Shown here piece after piece: positions 1-8,791 of a stretch of DNA of 64,000 nucleotides. Origin of the DNA: Candidatus Krumholzibacteriia bacterium. GTDB lineage: Bacteria; Krumholzibacteriota; Krumholzibacteriia; LZORAL124-64-63. Under the pieces are notes generated by a model. That model made no database searches, was not told the origin of the DNA, and saw nothing but the letters and a program-made list of their open reading frames with translations. A program made the translations under genes and the position numbers. The stretch covers positions 581 to 64,580 of the forward strand of contig JAUVII010000002.1 in NCBI GenBank assembly GCA_030592845.1, given 5' to 3'. The first letter of the stretch is position 1; each line of letters begins with the position of its first letter.

Positions 1-1
1 G

Positions 2-688
2 ATGTGTGTTTTGAAACTCCATGTGCGGGTACCCATGGACGCCTGGCGGCAGTGGATACGTCATAGAATGGCGTCGACGAATGAATCGAGTACTCGTTAT
101 TCCATCGCCATAGACGCCTCCCAGAAAACCGCCCCCGACCAGTGGCGCATCCAGGCCAAGGACAACAAACAGGGCAGCAGCGGATGGCTGGACGGCGATG
201 CCGGGACCGAATTAACCCGCCAGGAAGCCGAATTCCACGACACTGCCCGCGCCCTCTACAACGAGCGCCTCGAAATGGGCATCGCCCGCGAACAGGCCCG
301 CAAGGACCTGCCGCTGTGCACCTATACCGAAGCCTACTGGAAGATGGATCTGCACAATCTGCTGCATTTCCTGGCCCTGCGCATGGACCCCCACGCCCAG
401 CTTGAGATCCGGGAATACGCCAACATCATCGGCCGGGAAATTGTGGCCAATTGGGTGCCCCTGGCTTGGGAAGCCTTCGAGGACTACCGCATGGGCGCCG
501 TGGTCTTTTCCAGGATCGAGCACGAAGTCATCGCCGCGGTTGGAGCCGGCGATCACGAGAAGGCCGCCAGTATTGCCAGCGAAGCCGGGTGGCTCAAGAT
601 AGGCAAGTCAGGCAAGGTTCTGCGGAATCGGGAGCGGCAGGAGTTGGAAGCCAAGCTCGAACGGTTGAATCTTACCATTCCCTGGTAG
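2..688 (+). CDS. thyX: FAD-dependent thymidylate synthase ThyX, 5' end cut by window edge
   Basis: ThyX motif RHRxxSxxxxSxRY is present as WIRHRMASTNESSTRYS only ~20 aa into the ORF, so the real N-terminus lies upstream of the window. Stop TAG 686-688. Confidence 0.9.
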   Translation: MCVLKLHVRVPMDAWRQWIRHRMASTNESSTRYSIAIDASQKTAPDQWRIQAKDNKQGSSGWLDGDAGTELTRQEAEFHDTARALYNERLEMGIAREQARKDLPLCTYTEAYWKMDLHNLLHFLALRMDPHAQLEIREYANIIGREIVANWVPLAWEAFEDYRMGAVVFSRIEHEVIAAVGAGDHEKAASIASEAGWLKIGKSGKVLRNRERQELEAKLERLNLTIPW

Positions 689-693
689 ACACC

Positions 694-723
694 GGTCCCG
701 GCTCCCCCAAAGGAGCCGGGACC
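694..723. terminator. GC-rich hairpin between convergent thyX and ARPP-1 genes
   Basis: GGTCCCGGCTCC (694-705), loop CCCAAA, GGAGCCGGGACC (712-723) form a perfect 12-bp stem. Followed by ATCTTTC on the + strand. Confidence 0.6.
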
Positions 724-744
724 ATCTTTCAAGGCCGAAGCGGT

Positions 745-1760
745 CTAACCCGACATCTTCTCCCACAAATTTCCCGCGCGCATTTTGCTCTTGAGCATCT
801 GCTCCAGTGACTGGCGGTTCTCTTCCGCCGGCTTGGGGAAAAATGCGGCGTGAACCGTTTCCCCCTCGACCGCCAGCGCGGACCCGATCAGATCCTGCCC
901 GAGAAACCGGACATCCTCCCCCATGCCCACCGATTTAAATTCTCCTCCTTGCACTGCGCCATCGCGGCCAGGAAATCGGCCACCGGATCGCCCGCCGGGA
1001 CGGATCCCTCCTTGGTCATGCGCCGGGGCTTTGCAACCACCGCATCCACCGCGTAGCTGCGCAGAAGCTTGGCGTGCAACCCGGCATAGACCTGGGGCCG
1101 GGATACGAAGTCACAGCCGGCCAACTTGCCATCGATGAACGCCAGCAGGCCCGCCTGGTTCTCCTCCACCGCAAAAGCCGAAACGAAGGCATCGACTTCC
1201 TCACGGTGTTTCAGGAAGGTGTCGCTCATGGCGCTGGTGGGAGAAGACACGCCCGATTCCGCCGCCATCATCCGGATGTTCTCCCAGACCTTCATCTGGT
1301 CACTGGCGTAACCCCGGCCCTCGCTCAACGAGGCGTGGACCGATTTCATTTTTCGCGAACGGACATCGTGCCTCATGACGTGTTCCGTCGAAGAGAACTC
1401 ACGCGAACTGTAGGACCACCGCCCCTGCTCGGTGCAACTGACCGGGACCGTCATCTGCTCACCGGCGGCCACCATGATGGTGGTGTTCAGCACCCGGTTC
1501 TGCTTGGCCCCCTGCAGTTCCTCTCCATCCAGGATCAGGACGGCCGATTGCGCATTGTTTTTCAGGGCCAGGTCCGGAACGTTTCCCCCTTCGGAAACCT
1601 CGGTGATCACCACCTCCTTGACCTCCAGGGCCACATCCAGGGAGATGTAGTCCGGGCCGGCCGGTCCCCGGTAGCAAACCGGGTGGATGGTCATGTTTTT
1701 GTGCTGACGGGGTTTGCCGATTTCGATGTTTTTCAGGATTTCCATGGTGATGCTGCTCAT
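745..1760 (-). pseudogene. ARPP-1 / DUF6569-family protein with the reading frame broken near 940-955 (frameshift or assembly indel)
   Basis: ORF 888..1838 carries blocks I associate with this family (ITEVSEGGNVPDL, LILDGEELQGAKQNRVLNTT, VPVSCTEQGRW). Probable start is ATG 1760, right after GGAGAC. The expected C-terminal block (FKSVGMGEDVRF...GSALAVEGETVHAAFF) sits in ORF 745..954 in another frame. The 745..1760 span is 1016 nt, one short of a multiple of 3. Confidence 0.6.
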
Positions 1761-1947
1761 GTCTCCATACCTCCGGATCGGTGCGGTATAAATGGGCGGC
1801 AAGACAAGAAACAACCGTTTTCGATTTCTGCAACTCAATTTTCATTAATTATCGAACCGGAATCCCCGATGGGCCTTGCCATCGGGCCAAATAACGCTAA
1901 CATCGGTGCCATCAGTGAATAATCGGATCTCAAACAGGGAGTCAAAT

Positions 1948-2295
1948 ATGGCCAAGCGCGTCGACTGGTATTACCACCGCAAGGGCTGAACGAGCAGTGG
2001 AAGAGCGCAGGGGTTCCTTGCGGAAAATGTTTTGAACGTGAAGGAAGAGACCAGCGCCTCCAAAAAACTGGGCGCCGAGAAGGCCCTCGAGTTGGCGAAG
2101 GCCGCCAGCCGGATCATCGTGATGAAGGGCAAAAAAGTTTCCGACTTCGACATGAAAAAGGATGCGCCGACAAAGGACGAACTCCTGGCGGCAATGCTGG
2201 GCACCACCGGCAATTTGCGGGCGCCCACCATCGTGCGCGGCAAAACCGTGCTGGTGGGGTTCAATCAGGAAGTCTACGACAAGGTGTTGGGCTAG
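1948..2295 (+). CDS. ArsC/Spx-fold (YffB-like) redox protein with in-frame UGA (1987-1989), candidate selenoprotein
   Basis: ATG 1948 lies 6 nt after AGGGAG. Translation is MAKRVDWYYHRKG-TGA-TSSGRAQGFLAENVLNVKEE..., continuing in frame into track ORF 2032..2295. The UGA aligns with the nucleophilic Cys of ArsC (IYHNPACGTSRNTL) and YffB (YGIKNCDTCKKA). The C-terminus ...LVGFNQEVYDKVLG is typical of the family. Confidence 0.65.
2005..2022 (+). promoter_or_regulatory. SECIS-like stem-loop downstream of the in-frame UGA
   Basis: CGCAGGG (2006-2012) pairs with CCTTGCG (2016-2022), including one G-U pair. The apical loop starts with G. The stem begins 16 nt after the UGA, within the distance range described for bacterial SECIS elements. 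Confidence 0.45.
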
Positions 2296-3224
2296 AGCTC
2301 CAGCTTGAGTACAACCGGCAGATGATCGCTGATCAGGTCATCGTACTGATTAAACCCATAGGTCAGGAAGGTGTGCAGGGGAACCACCTGGACCAAAGTG
2401 GTCTTTCCCTGGAAGGAATCGAACAGCGGGGCCGAAATCAGGATGTGGTCAAGATGGCTGGGCCACTTGGGATAGGACCAACTTGACGTCGCCCCCTGGG
2501 CGATCTCCATATCCACGAACCGGTAGAGATCCGGGGCATCCAGGAAGGGCTGGAAAACGTTATTGGCCGCGCTGTCGGTCAACTCATCGTTGAGATCTCC
2601 CACCATAACCACCCTCTGCCCCGCGAAATTATCCCGGATGTATTCATCCAGCACCTGGCTGGCCTGCAGACGGAGGAATTCCCGATCGTCCGCGGTGCCT
2701 TCATCGATGGTCCCGTTCCCGCAGCACCAATAGTGGTTGTTGATAACCACGAAGGATTTCCCGTCGAAACTCCCGGACAGAACAAGGGGATTCCGGTTCA
2801 GCGGATCGGGCCAGGGAAGCCCGGCCAGGATTTCGTAGAAGGTATCGACCTCCAGCTTGCCGCCGGTCTTGTAGAGGAAGGCCAGGTTGATGTAACTGTG
2901 ACTGGTGGCCTGAAATCCATCCCAGCCATCGAGCCCATCGACCAGGGCCTTGAATTCCAGGGAGTTGGAGATTTCCTGAAGAGCAATGATATCGATATCC
3001 ATGGCTTCGACGGCCTGGATGACTTTTTCCACTGTCTCGTCATCAGCTTTGGCAAATCTCTCCAGGTTCCAGGTGGCTATTTCCAGGGTGGTGTCAGTGC
3101 CGACGGTGGCGCCGGCAAATGGGTTCACGACCACAGGCACGACAGATTTTTCGGAGCTGCCGCAGGACGCCAATCCGAAAATGGCCGCCAGAAGAAGAAT
3201 GCCGATGCCGATGCGCTGAATCAT
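2292..3224 (-). CDS. Endonuclease/exonuclease/phosphatase (EEP) family lipoprotein
   Basis: Signal peptide plus lipobox (LLLAAIFGLASC). EEP-like blocks include IATWNLERF, IIALQEI, MVGDLND and SDHLPV at the C-terminus. ATG 3224 is preferred over TTG 3233. Confidence 0.8.
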   Translation of the reverse strand: MIQRIGIGILLLAAIFGLASCGSSEKSVVPVVVNPFAGATVGTDTTLEIATWNLERFAKADDETVEKVIQAVEAMDIDIIALQEISNSLEFKALVDGLDGWDGFQATSHSYINLAFLYKTGGKLEVDTFYEILAGLPWPDPLNRNPLVLSGSFDGKSFVVINNHYWCCGNGTIDEGTADDREFLRLQASQVLDEYIRDNFAGQRVVMVGDLNDELTDSAANNVFQPFLDAPDLYRFVDMEIAQGATSSWSYPKWPSHLDHILISAPLFDSFQGKTTLVQVVPLHTFLTYGFNQYDDLISDHLPVVLKLEL

Positions 3225-3341
3225 TTGCCTCAATCAACCTCTCCCAGGATCCTGGTTATCTGACCTCAATACCTCTATAAGATGATAAAAAAGCCAAAAC
3301 AAAGCCAGTTTCGAAGTTCAGCATACCTGAAGGCCGGGGCG

Positions 3342-3980
3342 TCAATCCAGGGATCGTTCGAACCAGGATTGCCCCTGGAGGTCACCACGGCGGAAACCGA
3401 GCCGTTTCAGGTAGTCCCGGTGGGTAGCCCCGGCCGCCGGGCTGAGCATCTTGTTGATACCCCGCTCACGCCAGATTGGTGCCATCTCATCCAGAAAAAA
3501 CCGCGCGCAGCGCAGGTCGCGATAGATGGGAAGGACATAGTCCAGATGGATGCGGACTTCGTCCCCGTTTTCTTCGTACACCACCAGTCCCGCCGGGTTG
3601 ACGTTTCTGAGGATGAAGGTCACCCGGGGGTTCCTCAACGATTCAAGGCTGAAATCGGGAAAAAACCGCCCGATGTCGGCCTCGTGAAAGGTGAGGAAGG
3701 TGTGCAGATAATTGTTGTCCAAGCGACTGATGGACATCAGGGAGAAATAGTCCCGGGTCCGGCTCATTCTCCCCAGGTAATAGATATTGACCAGCACGAT
3801 GAACCCGTTGACCACCAGCACGGGATAAGCACCCACGAACCAGCCGTAAACCGCAAACGCCAGGGCGCCGGACAGATTGATCCAGCGAAGCCTGGCCAGC
3901 GAACTCATCATCAAGGAGATGGCCACCAGAAGAGATCCGGCATAGCCGATGAATTCCGTCCATTCCATCCAGGAAAGCAC
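3342..3980 (-). CDS. Membrane protein: YgjV-like 3-TM N-terminus plus GNAT-like C-terminal domain
   Basis: Three hydrophobic helices in the first ~70 aa. The C-terminus ends ...HRDYLKRLGFRRG, reminiscent of an acetyltransferase fold. GTG 3980 lies 8 nt after GGAGG and 3 nt after the MFS stop. Confidence 0.55.
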   Translation of the reverse strand: MLSWMEWTEFIGYAGSLLVAISLMMSSLARLRWINLSGALAFAVYGWFVGAYPVLVVNGFIVLVNIYYLGRMSRTRDYFSLMSISRLDNNYLHTFLTFHEADIGRFFPDFSLESLRNPRVTFILRNVNPAGLVVYEENGDEVRIHLDYVLPIYRDLRCARFFLDEMAPIWRERGINKMLSPAAGATHRDYLKRLGFRRGDLQGQSWFERSLD

Positions 3981-3983
3981 TTG

Positions 3984-5162
3984 TCACACCTCCTGTTCGG
4001 GAACGCGGATCTGCAGGCAGATGAAGAACCCGCCCAGCGCGATGGCCCCGGCCAGCACGAACACCCACTGGTGGCCGTATTTCTCCCAGATGAAACCGGA
4101 CAGTACGGGAAGGGTCATGGCCACCACGTGATCGATGGTGATACCCAAAGAAATCGTGGGCGTGATGTCGGCGGGATCGACGGCGATTTTTTTAAGGTAG
4201 GTGGTGCGCGCCACCCGCAGGGCGAACAGGATATGGTCGAGCATGTAGGCGCCATAAAGGATTCGCAAGTCCCAGGGCGCCGAAAAAACATCCGAGGCAA
4301 AGGCGTAGACCATGCACACCACCAGCAGCATGATCTCGTCGGTGGCCAGGACCTTGCGTTCCCCCAGCCAGTCGATCACGTCCCCCAACAGCGGACGCAA
4401 CAGTACCCCCAAAGCCGAGGCCGCGAAATACAGCAGGGCGATGGTGGACACCGGCACATCGTGAAGTGAAACCAGAACCCAGGTGCCGAAAACCATAAAG
4501 ATCTGTTTGCGGATACCGAACAGGGCGCTGATGGCGTAGAAGATGTGGTACTCGCGCCGGTAGACCATCCTGCGGCTGGGCGGATCCTCCTTGCCGATGG
4601 TCAGGCGCATGTAAAAAACGCCGGCGATGGTGGCGCTGACGCCCCCCACCAGATAAAAAAGGTCATACCGATCGCCCACGAATTTGGCCAAAAGCCAGAC
4701 AGTGCCCACGCCCAGGATGACGCCCATGTTTCGCGCCCCGCCCAGCTGCCCCAGGCGTCGCCCCTCGCTCCCGCGTTTCGCCAGTTTGAGGCCGAGAGGA
4801 CCTTCCACCGCGAAAATGATGTGATCACCCATGGACCAGACCACGATCCATATCACCAGCAGCGCCAGGCCGGGGGAGAGAAAAGCCAGCCCCAGGGCGC
4901 CCGCCGCGGTGGCGACCATGGCCAGGGCGGCGATCCGGCTTTCACGCATGTGGGCCAGCAGGAATCCCATCACGACAAAAATCAGGAAGCCCGGCAGCTC
5001 CCGGGGAAACTCAAGCCAGCCGCGGTTCCCGGCATCGAACCCGTGCACCTCGGACAGGTAGTTGTTGAGGGTGGAAAGGAAAATGCCGCTGGTGGCGCCG
5101 AAAAACATGGTGGCCAGCAGAACACGGCGGAAATCTCCGGTCACTTTACGGGCGATGTTCAA
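3984..5162 (-). CDS. MFS transporter
   Basis: About 12 predicted TM helices and MFS-like loop motifs. The TTG start overlaps the malQ stop (TTGA), suggesting translational coupling. Confidence 0.8.
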   Translation of the reverse strand: MNIARKVTGDFRRVLLATMFFGATSGIFLSTLNNYLSEVHGFDAGNRGWLEFPRELPGFLIFVVMGFLLAHMRESRIAALAMVATAAGALGLAFLSPGLALLVIWIVVWSMGDHIIFAVEGPLGLKLAKRGSEGRRLGQLGGARNMGVILGVGTVWLLAKFVGDRYDLFYLVGGVSATIAGVFYMRLTIGKEDPPSRRMVYRREYHIFYAISALFGIRKQIFMVFGTWVLVSLHDVPVSTIALLYFAASALGVLLRPLLGDVIDWLGERKVLATDEIMLLVVCMVYAFASDVFSAPWDLRILYGAYMLDHILFALRVARTTYLKKIAVDPADITPTISLGITIDHVVAMTLPVLSGFIWEKYGHQWVFVLAGAIALGGFFICLQIRVPEQEV

Positions 5163-6733
5163 TTGAATTGCCCTTCTTCCGGAGGGGTCGGATCCTCGCG
5201 GCGCGGCGCGGCCTGATCCGGCCTGCGCCGGTACAACCAGGTGAACCGGGCCAACCTGTCCGCGGCGGGATCGAGAAAAGCATCACCCGACATGCGCCAG
5301 TTCCAGTTGCCCTTGCCTTCACCCGGCAGATTCATGCGCGCTTCGCGGCCCAGTCCCAGCACATCCTGCATCGTCGCGATAAAAGTGTGGGCGGGCGACA
5401 TCATGCCCAGGCGGATCAGGGTCCAATGCGGTTCGTCGATGGCACACCCGGTGTATTCGGCCACCAGTTCCTTCGCGGCCGAATCGGCCAGGTGATTCCA
5501 CCACCCGATGGTCGGGTCGTTGTCGTGGGTTCCGGAATAGACCACGCAGTTTTTGATATGTTCGTGGGGAAGGAACACATTGTCCGGACCGCTCCAGGCA
5601 AACTGGAGTACCTTCATGCCGGGCAGGTTGAAATCATCGCGCAGTTTTTCAACGGCGGGGGTGATGACCCCCAGATCCTCGGCGATCACCGGAAGCGTCC
5701 CTCCCAGTTCGCGGCTCAGGGTCGCAAAGAATTCCGATCCCGGACCGGAAACCCATTTACCGTTCTCGGCCGTCTTTTCGTCGGCGGGCACTTCCCAGTA
5801 GGCCTCGAAACCCCGGAAATGGTCGATGCGCACCAGGTCCACCGTTTCCAGGCAGGCCTTGACCCGGTCAACCCACCACCGGTAGTCCTCCTGTTTGAAC
5901 CGAGCCCAGTCGTAAAGGGGATTGCCCCAGAGCTGGCCGGTTTTGCTGAAGTAGTCCGGCGGCACTCCGGCCACGCTGGTCGGCAGGCCCTTGGCATCCA
6001 GTTGGAACAGTTCGGGCCGGGCCCACACATCGCTGCTGTCGTGGGCCACGAAGATCGGAATGTCTCCGATCATCCTTATCCCCCGGGCCATGGCAAAGGC
6101 CTTGAGGTCGGACCACTGATGAAAAAACAGCCACTGCCGGAATTTGTGGGCCGATATGCGTTTGTCCAGCCGACGCAAAGCCCCGGCCAAAGCCTCGGGT
6201 TTGCGGTCCCTCAGTTCCGCGGGCCACTCGGTCCAGGGTTGGCCTTCCTGGTCTTCCTTCAAGGCCATGAATAAAGAAAAGTCCTCCAGCCAGGCCTGGG
6301 CGGCGCACCAACCGTCGAATTCTTTCCAGTGTGTTTGCGACGCCCGTTCCAGGAACACGGACCATGCCCGGTCCAGCATCTTCGTTTTCCAGGTGATGAC
6401 GGGTCCAAAATCAACCCGCTGTTCATCGAATCCGGGGCGACCCGACAGGTCGTTCGGAAGCAGCCAGCCTTCACGCTCCAGGCGGTCGAGACTGATCAAA
6501 AGGGGATTGCCCGCAAAGGCTGACAAGGTCTGGTAGGGGGAATCACCGAAACTCGTCGGCCCCAGGGGAAGGACCTGCCACAGGCTTTGCCCGCATTTTT
6601 CCAGCCAGTCCACGAAACGATAGGCGGAATCGCCCAGGTCACCGATGCCGTCCGGACCCGGCAGACAGGTGGGATGCAACAGGACGCCGCTGGCGCGGGG
6701 AAAAAGGGATTGGTTATTTGAAACCGCAGTCAT
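5159..6733 (-). CDS. malQ: 4-alpha-glucanotransferase (GH77 amylomaltase)
   Basis: GH77-like blocks: RASGVLLHPTCLPG, WGNPLYDW, IRIDHFRGF, IAEDLG, GTHDNDP. ATG 6733 follows GGAGAAAAC. The upstream 116 codons of the track ORF look non-coding. Confidence 0.9.
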   Translation of the reverse strand: MTAVSNNQSLFPRASGVLLHPTCLPGPDGIGDLGDSAYRFVDWLEKCGQSLWQVLPLGPTSFGDSPYQTLSAFAGNPLLISLDRLEREGWLLPNDLSGRPGFDEQRVDFGPVITWKTKMLDRAWSVFLERASQTHWKEFDGWCAAQAWLEDFSLFMALKEDQEGQPWTEWPAELRDRKPEALAGALRRLDKRISAHKFRQWLFFHQWSDLKAFAMARGIRMIGDIPIFVAHDSSDVWARPELFQLDAKGLPTSVAGVPPDYFSKTGQLWGNPLYDWARFKQEDYRWWVDRVKACLETVDLVRIDHFRGFEAYWEVPADEKTAENGKWVSGPGSEFFATLSRELGGTLPVIAEDLGVITPAVEKLRDDFNLPGMKVLQFAWSGPDNVFLPHEHIKNCVVYSGTHDNDPTIGWWNHLADSAAKELVAEYTGCAIDEPHWTLIRLGMMSPAHTFIATMQDVLGLGREARMNLPGEGKGNWNWRMSGDAFLDPAADRLARFTWLYRRRPDQAAPRREDPTPPEEGQFN

Positions 6734-6950
6734 GTTTTCTCCACGGAAATGGTTGGGCATCGGAATGGACCTACAAAGTAAGTGTGAGCCCCTCTTCCAG
6801 TCCAGAGCAACCTGTACACCTGCAGTCGGGCGGGCAATCCCGGTTCTGTTTCCTTTTTCATCACCCGACTTCTTTGTCCGTTGAGGCTGGTTGTGATTGT
6901 CGCAGCGTGATAAACTATCCACCCAGGACCGAGGATGAACCCTATCAATA

Positions 6951-8097
6951 ATGAGCATAAACATGATCCGCCACTTAAAGGGAGCAAACCGCTGGCTTGA
7001 GACCCGGGAAAAATGGGTGGTGCCTGTGGTGGCAACACTGCTGTTCTGCTTGCTGGTCATATATGTGTTTAACCGGGACATCCTTGACTTCGGGCCTTAT
7101 GACGGCAAGACCTACGAGTCGCTGGGCTGACGGGCCGCACAGGCGGACCACCTTCTATCTGAAGGCAACTTCGGCCACGCCTATTGGTCACCGAGTTGGG
7201 TAGTGACCATCGGTACGATGTATAAGATTTTTGGGCGGAATCCCCTTGTGATCCGAATACTGCTGGCCTTGTGTGCCGTGGGTGGAGGATTCCTGGTCAA
7301 CCTCTGGACACGGCGCCGGGGTTTGCCCCCACTGGCCTGCCTGCTCGCGATGGTTCTTACTGTATCAGGCCTCCTCGTTTTCCGTTCCACTGCCTATTGC
7401 CACTATGAGACTTTCCTGGGGTTCGGGTTGATGGTTTTCTCCTGGTTGGTTTTTCGCGGGAACCACTTGCTGGACCTGGGGAGACCTGTCGGATACGCGC
7501 TGTTGGTCGCGGCCGGCCTGTTATTCGGTTTTTTGACCCTCGTTGGTGGTGGTGTTCAGCCTGCTGGTCATCGGGGGTTGGACGGCACGCAACATGGTGA
7601 TCTTCGGAGAAATTATCCCGCTGACCAGCAATGGCGGCATCAATCTCTACATAGCCAACAATCCGGATGCAACCGGCGGATACATGAATGTGGAAGCCGG
7701 AGGCCATCCGTTTTATGACTCGGCGCATTTCAGGCGGCTTGCCCTGACCTACATGTTGGAGAATCCCGGACTGACGGCCCTGCGTATGTTGAAGAAAGCC
7801 ATCATGTTTTTTAATCCGCATTATGGGGATCAGGTTCCGGGGGTATTTCTCTTTGCCGTGGCCTTGGTGCGTTTTTTGCGAAAGAAGGCATGGCTGCATG
7901 ATGTTGAGGGTCTGTGGTTCATCACGATGCCGTTCGTTTTCATGACTATCCACTCTGTCTTCCACTATGAATTTCGTTACATCTTGCCGGTTTGGCCGAT
8001 GCTGGTCTGGGTTGGCGCGCATGCTTTCACGGGCTGGAACGTCAAGGAGTCAGAAGCCGCTCCAACACCGGCATGGGACCGGGCAGCCAACGATTAG
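6951..8097 (+). pseudogene. GT-C fold (PMT_2/ArnT-like, GT39-type) membrane glycosyltransferase, disrupted
   Basis: One reading frame is recoverable from three pieces: 6951-7127, an in-frame TGA at 7128-7130, then 7131 to ~7540, then a shift to the frame of ORF 7543..8097. Family-like blocks include YESLG, NFGHAYWSPSWVVTIGTMYKIFG and NGGINLYIANNPDATGGY. The span is one nt longer than a multiple of 3, and the ~382-aa product is shorter than typical family members. Confidence 0.55.
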
Positions 8098-8788
8098 CCC
8101 CACCCGGCTTTCCGGCGGCGGAATCCACCAACTGACCAAGGAGTTCACGCAGGACAGCCAGGCCGGTTGGAATGTGATCCAGGAAGGGATGCTTGCCCTT
8201 GACGTGACCCAGATACCCGTAGGCGCCCAGGGCCTGCATGATTCGCTGCAGACCCGCGGCCAGGGCCATGGCCCGGATATCCGCGGAAGTGAGAGAACCC
8301 GCGCTTGCGGCGGACGCAGCAAACCGGTCCAGAAGTTCAGCGCGTAATTCCCCACCGAGCGCGACGTAAGGATCCCATAGCAGCGACACCAGATCGTAGG
8401 TCAAGGGGCCCATCCGCATGCCCTGGAAGTCGACCAGGCGGATCCCATCATCCTGTAGATGGATATTTTGGGACTGGAAATCGCGATGGATCAAGATCCG
8501 GGGCTGGGCGGCCACCGTTTTGGCCAGGGAGTGGAATTCCCCGTCGATATCCCCAAGATCGACGGATGCCAGACCCATGTGCCCCATTAGGAAATTTTTC
8601 CTGAAATAATCCGTCTCCCAACGCAGGGATTCATAATCCAGGCAGCGGTCCACGGCCAGGGGGCACCGAATCCGTGCCTCGCTGGTGGCTGACTGCAGGT
8701 TCAGAAGATGGTCCACGGTCCGTCGATAGGCGTCGGCGACGGGTTCGGAGGCGAGGCCTGTAGGAATATCAGCCCAGCCCCCAGTCAA
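8042..8788 (-). pseudogene. Truncated paralogue of the AmgK (anomeric MurNAc/GlcNAc kinase) C-terminal half
   Basis: About 70% identical by eye to the last ~245 aa of the 15213..16898 protein (shared IHRDFQSQNIHLQD, LVDFQGMR, LQRIMQALGAYG). It lacks the nucleotide-binding lobe and the whole MurU domain. It begins at a TTG 4 nt after the upstream gene's stop. Confidence 0.7.
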
Positions 8789-8791
8789 TAT

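Noticed and set aside
3282-4469. 395-aa + strand ORF, and many similar long ORFs (e.g. 5168..6274, 10055..11008, 16785..17654, 19548..20750, 24879..26108, 30301..31929, 32510..34792, 36237..37478, 37997..39310, 44745..46955, 49830..51221, 54767..57211, 59501..60835, 60922..62037)
   Set aside because: All lie antisense to genes with clear family motifs. Their translations are low-complexity (rich in R/G/P/H/Q) and lack SD sequences. These are typical GC-rich shadow ORFs.
7128-7130. In-frame TGA in the GT-C gene as a second selenocysteine codon (a hairpin GGGCCGC-ACAG-GCGGACC begins 1 nt after the TGA, at 7132-7149)
   Set aside because: The hairpin's apical loop starts only ~8 nt after the codon and the stem has a mismatch. 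The position is in a loop of a membrane glycosyltransferase with no redox motif. The same gene also has a frameshift and looks shortened. A pseudogene is the simpler reading.
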